Source: an uncultured Chloroflexia bacterium (GTDB lineage Bacteria; Chloroflexota; Limnocylindria; Limnocylindrales; CSP1-4). From it: 64,000 nt of DNA. Shown here piece by piece: positions 60,847 to 64,000 of the stretch. The stretch is taken from positions 640,001-704,000 of the forward strand of contig CAWEYL010000001.1 in assembly GCA_963813335.1 (NCBI GenBank), written 5' to 3'. The translations under genes and the position numbers were made by a program. The notes below the pieces were generated by a model that did no database searches, was not told where the DNA came from, and saw only the letters and a list, made by a program, of their open reading frames with translations. Positions within the stretch are counted from its first letter, which is position 1. Each line of letters opens with the position of its first letter.

Positions 60847-61593
60847 ATGCGGGTCGTCAACGGCGTCGATGCGCTGCCGGCCGAGGTCAGTCCCGTCTTC
60901 GTCGTCGTCGGCGTCTTCGACGGGCTCCATCTCGGCCATCGCTACCTGCTCGAGCACCTCGTCGCCGAGGCCGCCCGCCGCGACGCCACTCCGACCGTCA
61001 TCACCTTCGACCACCACCCCGACGAGGTCCTGACCGGAAGCGCGCCGCCACTCCTGATCGACCCCGATGAGCGCCTCCAGCGGCTCGATGCGGCCGGGAT
61101 CGCGGTGACTGTCGTCCAGCACTTCGACGACGCCCTGCGGCACACCCCGTACGACGCGTTCGTCGAGCGCATCCGGGCCCGCGTCGCCCTGAGCGGGTTC
61201 CTGATGACGCCCGACGCGGCGTTCGGCTTCGAGCGACGCGGCACGCCGCAGGCGCTCGCCGAGCTGGGCGCGCGCGACGGCTTCGATGTCGTCGTCGTGC
61301 CGCCGTTCACGCTCGAGGGCCGGCCCGTCCGCAGCACCGATGTCCGCGCCGCGATCGCCGGGGGTGATCTCGACACGGCCGGACGCCTCCTGGGGCGGCC
61401 CGTGAGCCTGACCGGGGCTGTCGATGGGGCGGGTCACCTCCGGTTCGAGCTGCCGATAGCGCTCCCGCCCGACGGCACGTACCAGGCGGTCCTCGGCGGC
61501 GCGACAGCCACGATCGACATCCGAGACGGCGCCGTGCGCCTTGGCGATTTCATCACCGCCCCACGCGTCACCCTCGAGCTGCGCGAGCGCTAG
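60847..61593 (+). CDS. ribF: RibF-like FAD synthetase (FMN adenylyltransferase domain) with degenerate riboflavin-kinase domain
   Basis: GVFDGLHLGH, TFDHHP, FGF, VRSTDVR..LLGRP; no PTAN motif; 248 aa. Confidence 0.85.
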   Translation: MRVVNGVDALPAEVSPVFVVVGVFDGLHLGHRYLLEHLVAEAARRDATPTVITFDHHPDEVLTGSAPPLLIDPDERLQRLDAAGIAVTVVQHFDDALRHTPYDAFVERIRARVALSGFLMTPDAAFGFERRGTPQALAELGARDGFDVVVVPPFTLEGRPVRSTDVRAAIAGGDLDTAGRLLGRPVSLTGAVDGAGHLRFELPIALPPDGTYQAVLGGATATIDIRDGAVRLGDFITAPRVTLELRER

Positions 61594-61616
61594 GCGCGAG
61601 TCGGTATCCTCTGGTC

Positions 61617-62135
61617 ATGGCTCGATCGATGGAACTCGCCCAGCTCAACGTCGGCCGCATGCTCGCCCCGCTGGACGCCCCGGAGATCGCGGGGTTCGTG
61701 GCGGAGCTCGAGCCCGTCAACCGACTCGCGGACGCAAGCCCCGGCTTCGTGTGGCGACTCCAGACCGATCAGGGGAACGCGACGGCGATGCGCCCGACCG
61801 ATGACGCCCTGTTCCTCATCAACTTGAGCGTCTGGGCTTCGATCGAGGCCTTGCGCGCCTTCACGTATGACACGGCCCATATGCAGGTCCTGCGGCGGCG
61901 GCGCGAATGGTTCGAGCGGCTCGCGACGGCCCATCTCGTGTTGTGGTGGGTGCCCGTCGGTCACCGGCCGACGATCGAGGAGGCGCTTGCCCGCCTGGAC
62001 CTCTTGCGGCGAGACGGCCCGACCCCGGCGGCGTTCACGTTCCGCACGCCGTTCGAGCCCGATGCGCTGGGGCCCGGCGATCCGCTCGTCGACGCGGAGT
62101 TCTGCTGGCCCGAGTTGGCGACGACCCCGGTCTAG
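61617..62135 (+). CDS. DUF3291 family protein
   Basis: [40 protein letters not shown]. Confidence 0.87.
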   Translation: MARSMELAQLNVGRMLAPLDAPEIAGFVAELEPVNRLADASPGFVWRLQTDQGNATAMRPTDDALFLINLSVWASIEALRAFTYDTAHMQVLRRRREWFERLATAHLVLWWVPVGHRPTIEEALARLDLLRRDGPTPAAFTFRTPFEPDALGPGDPLVDAEFCWPELATTPV

Positions 62136-62695
62136 CCGCCCGGCCGCCAGAGTGGTTCGGCGACGCCGCGCTCGTGGTTCTCGTAGCGCGCCATGACGAA
62201 GAGCGCGTCCGAGAGCCGGTTGAGGTACGCGAGCACGTGCTCGCCGATCGCCTCGTCGCGGCCCAGCCTGACGGCCTCGCGCTCGGCGCGTCGGCAGATG
62301 GTGCGCGCGACGTGCAGGTGCGCGGCGCCCGGCGCGCCGCCCGGCAGGATGAAGTTGGTGAGCGGCCCCACGACCTCGTTGAACTCGTCGATGAGGCGTT
62401 CGAGCTTCTCGACGTGTCGCGGTTCGACGGTCGGGATCCGCGCGCGTCGAGGATCGTCAGATGGCCAGCACAGGTCCGAGCCCAGGTCGAACAGCTCGTT
62501 CTGGATCAACGTCAGCTCGATCGTCAGCCGCTCGCACAGACCAACGGCGATCGTCACGCCGATTTGCGAGTTGAGCTCGTCGACGGTGCCGTACGTGACG
62601 ACCCGCCGGGCGTCCTTGGCGACCCGCTGGCCACCGCCGAGCCCGGTCATCCCCTCGTCGCCGGTCTTCGTGTAGATGCGATCCAGGTTGGGCAT
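62132..62695 (-). CDS. pduO: PduO-type cob(I)alamin adenosyltransferase
   Basis: [38 protein letters not shown]. Confidence 0.93.
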   Translation of the reverse strand: MPNLDRIYTKTGDEGMTGLGGGQRVAKDARRVVTYGTVDELNSQIGVTIAVGLCERLTIELTLIQNELFDLGSDLCWPSDDPRRARIPTVEPRHVEKLERLIDEFNEVVGPLTNFILPGGAPGAAHLHVARTICRRAEREAVRLGRDEAIGEHVLAYLNRLSDALFVMARYENHERGVAEPLWRPGG

Positions 62696-62757
62696 CGTCG
62701 CGCTCCGTGTGGTGGCAGGCACGACGTAGCGTACCGGTCCGAGGAGGACCTCCGCGC

Positions 62758-63330
62758 TCACGGCATGGCGGCGAGCACCGCCTTGGCCACCGCGACGGCG
62801 TCGTCGGTGCGGTCCGGACTCGACGGGTCGACGATCTCTACGTAGAGCGAGCCTTCGTCGGGCGTCAGCAGGACCGTCAGGTAGACCTCGCCGGGGTCGC
62901 CGCTGTTGAGGTGCTCGGCGTACGCGCCGGCGTCGAACCCTGACACCGTCGGCGCCCCGGTCGGGCGGCCCGTATCGTAGGCCCCGAGCGTGACTTCGAG
63001 CACCTGCGTGCCGTTGCTGATCGTGCAGCGGAACGGCGGGAAGGTCTGGGCCTGTGGTGCTGAGGCGTTCGGGACGATCGCGGCGGCGAGACCCGCCGGG
63101 ATCAGCGGGCAGACCTCGGTGATGGCCTGCGCGGCTGCCAGCACGTCGCCTCCGCCGGCCGCACTGGAGGCGGCCCCGCTGGAGCCGGCCGCGCTGGAGC
63201 CGGCCGCGCTGGAGGCGACGCCATCGGTCGACCCGCCGGCCCCGGTCGCTTCGGGCGCGGTCGACGCTCCGCCGGCGGAACACGCTACGAGTGCGGTCAC
63301 GACGGCCGCCATGCAGACCACCCGCTTCAT
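62758..63330 (-). CDS. Putative lipoprotein with Ser/Ala/Gly linker
   Basis: [17 protein letters not shown] lipobox, low-complexity linker, two Cys in the folded domain. Confidence 0.75.
   Translation of the reverse strand: MKRVVCMAAVVTALVACSAGGASTAPEATGAGGSTDGVASSAAGSSAAGSSGAASSAAGGGDVLAAAQAITEVCPLIPAGLAAAIVPNASAPQAQTFPPFRCTISNGTQVLEVTLGAYDTGRPTGAPTVSGFDAGAYAEHLNSGDPGEVYLTVLLTPDEGSLYVEIVDPSSPDRTDDAVAVAKAVLAAMP
63154..63213 (-). repeat. 4 x 15-bp tandem repeat encoding SS(A/G)A(G/A) in the lipoprotein linker
   Basis: GCCGGCCGCGCTGGA-like units at 63154, 63169, 63184 and 63199. Confidence 0.8.
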
Positions 63331-63383
63331 CTCTCCAGCCTCCCATCCACCGAACTTGCTGGGCACCCCAGCTTGCCGAGTCC

Positions 63384-63677
63384 TTACGCCGTGTCGAGGT
63401 CCGCGTCGGGCAGCCAGGACGCGATCACGAGGTCGAGCTCGACGATCCGGTCCAACGGGAACCCGGCGTCGGCGTTGGCGACCGCGACCGCCGCCGGATC
63501 GGCAGCCTCGAACACCGACAGGCACGTCTCCTCGTCGGCGACGAGGATCGTGACGAGGTGGCGGGCGGGCACATCGACTGGCCCCACGAGACGTCGAGCA
63601 GCCGATGCCACCGACATCGAGCTGATCGACGGAATGTAGCGCTCCACGAGGAAGAACCGCCGCCGACCCACCTGCAT
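63384..63677 (-). CDS. DUF4242/SCO4226-like small ferredoxin-fold protein
   Basis: [29 protein letters not shown] pattern; ATG at 63677. Confidence 0.72.
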   Translation of the reverse strand: MQVGRRRFFLVERYIPSISSMSVASAARRLVGPVDVPARHLVTILVADEETCLSVFEAADPAAVAVANADAGFPLDRIVELDLVIASWLPDADLDTA

Positions 63678-63711
63678 CGCCCGACCGTAGGAGGAGCGCC
63701 ATCCGGCGGCA

Positions 63712-63727
63712 TCCGTGGAACCACGGG
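63712..63727. promoter_or_regulatory. Palindromic operator CCGTGG-AA-CCACGG, probable binding site of the adjacent LuxR regulator
   Basis: Inverted repeat between the LuxR stop and a TACGGT -10 (63684-63689, - strand). Confidence 0.55.
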
Positions 63728-63762
63728 ACTTTGCCCGAGGATTCGAAGTGCCGAGCTCGAGA

Positions 63763-63999
63763 TCAGCCGATGGACGGTTCGCTGGCGGCCGCCAGGGCGT
63801 CACGCAGCTGCGATCGCGAACGGATATCGAGCTTCCGGTAGACGGCCGACAGCTGGCTCTCGACGGTCCGGACGGAGACCACGAGTTCCGCTGCGATCTC
63901 GCGATTCGCGTGACCGGCGGCGGCGAGCTCCGCCACGGCGCGCTCGGACGCGGTCAGGCGGATGCCGTCGGAGGTCCGACCGCCGATCCGGCCAAGCTC
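63763..63999 (-). CDS. C-terminal LuxR-type HTH of a transcriptional regulator (runs off the right edge)
   Basis: Manual translation: LTASERAVAELAAAGHANREIAAELVVSVRTVESQLSAVYRKLDIRSRSQL. Confidence 0.92.
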   Translation of the reverse strand, partial: ELGRIGGRTSDGIRLTASERAVAELAAAGHANREIAAELVVSVRTVESQLSAVYRKLDIRSRSQLRDALAAASEPSIG

Positions 64000-64000
64000 G

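Noticed and set aside
62696-62757. Cobalamin riboswitch upstream of pduO
   Set aside because: The gap is about 60 nt, too short, and has no B12-box.
1-64000. tRNA/rRNA genes, integrases, transposases, prophage
   Set aside because: None recognised. The intergenic gaps are short and accounted for by promoters, leaders or hairpins.

Overview
Very GC-rich (roughly 70%+ by eye, not computed) bacterial chromosome segment made up almost entirely of core housekeeping genes on the + strand: rpsF-ssb-rpsR, ilvE, ileS-lspA-rluD-gmk-priA-def-fmt-rlmN-rpe-dtd, rpmB, asp23-fakA-recG-rsmD-coaD-yceD-rpmF-plsX-asp23-nusB-acpP-rnc-smc-ftsY, ffh-rpsP-khpA-rimM-trmD-rplS-rnhB, rpsB-tsf-pyrH-frr-uppS-cdsA-dxr-rseP-ispG and nusA-ylxR-infB-rbfA-DHH-truB-ribF. 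A small accessory cluster (PduO, lipoprotein, DUF4242-like, LuxR) lies at the right end. Gene order is Terrabacteria-like and the protein styles suggest Chloroflexota, possibly Limnocylindria (inference only). I see no rRNA, tRNA, CRISPR, prophage, transposase or defence system, and cannot support a claim of a new multi-gene system here. The noteworthy signals are finer-grained: (1) FtsY with a TKLN G4 motif, the classic GTP-to-XTP specificity switch, or a base error; (2) an IleRS2 with a GVHH signature instead of HIGH; (3) an RNase HII lacking the GRG motif; (4) Rpe fused to an extra ~100-aa domain; (5) three apparent non-canonical start codons (ATC, CTG, GTA); (6) many leaderless genes, plus an identical bidirectional -10 element at two divergent junctions; (7) a palindromic MITE/RPE-like element between infB and rbfA; (8) a LuxR-box-like palindrome at -42.5; (9) a rimP-less nusA attenuator leader; (10) RibF with a degenerate kinase domain. 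Single-base insertions break the LCP gene, smc and infB (possibly also the ispG 5' end) and are most likely sequencing errors, so single-residue oddities need read-level checking.
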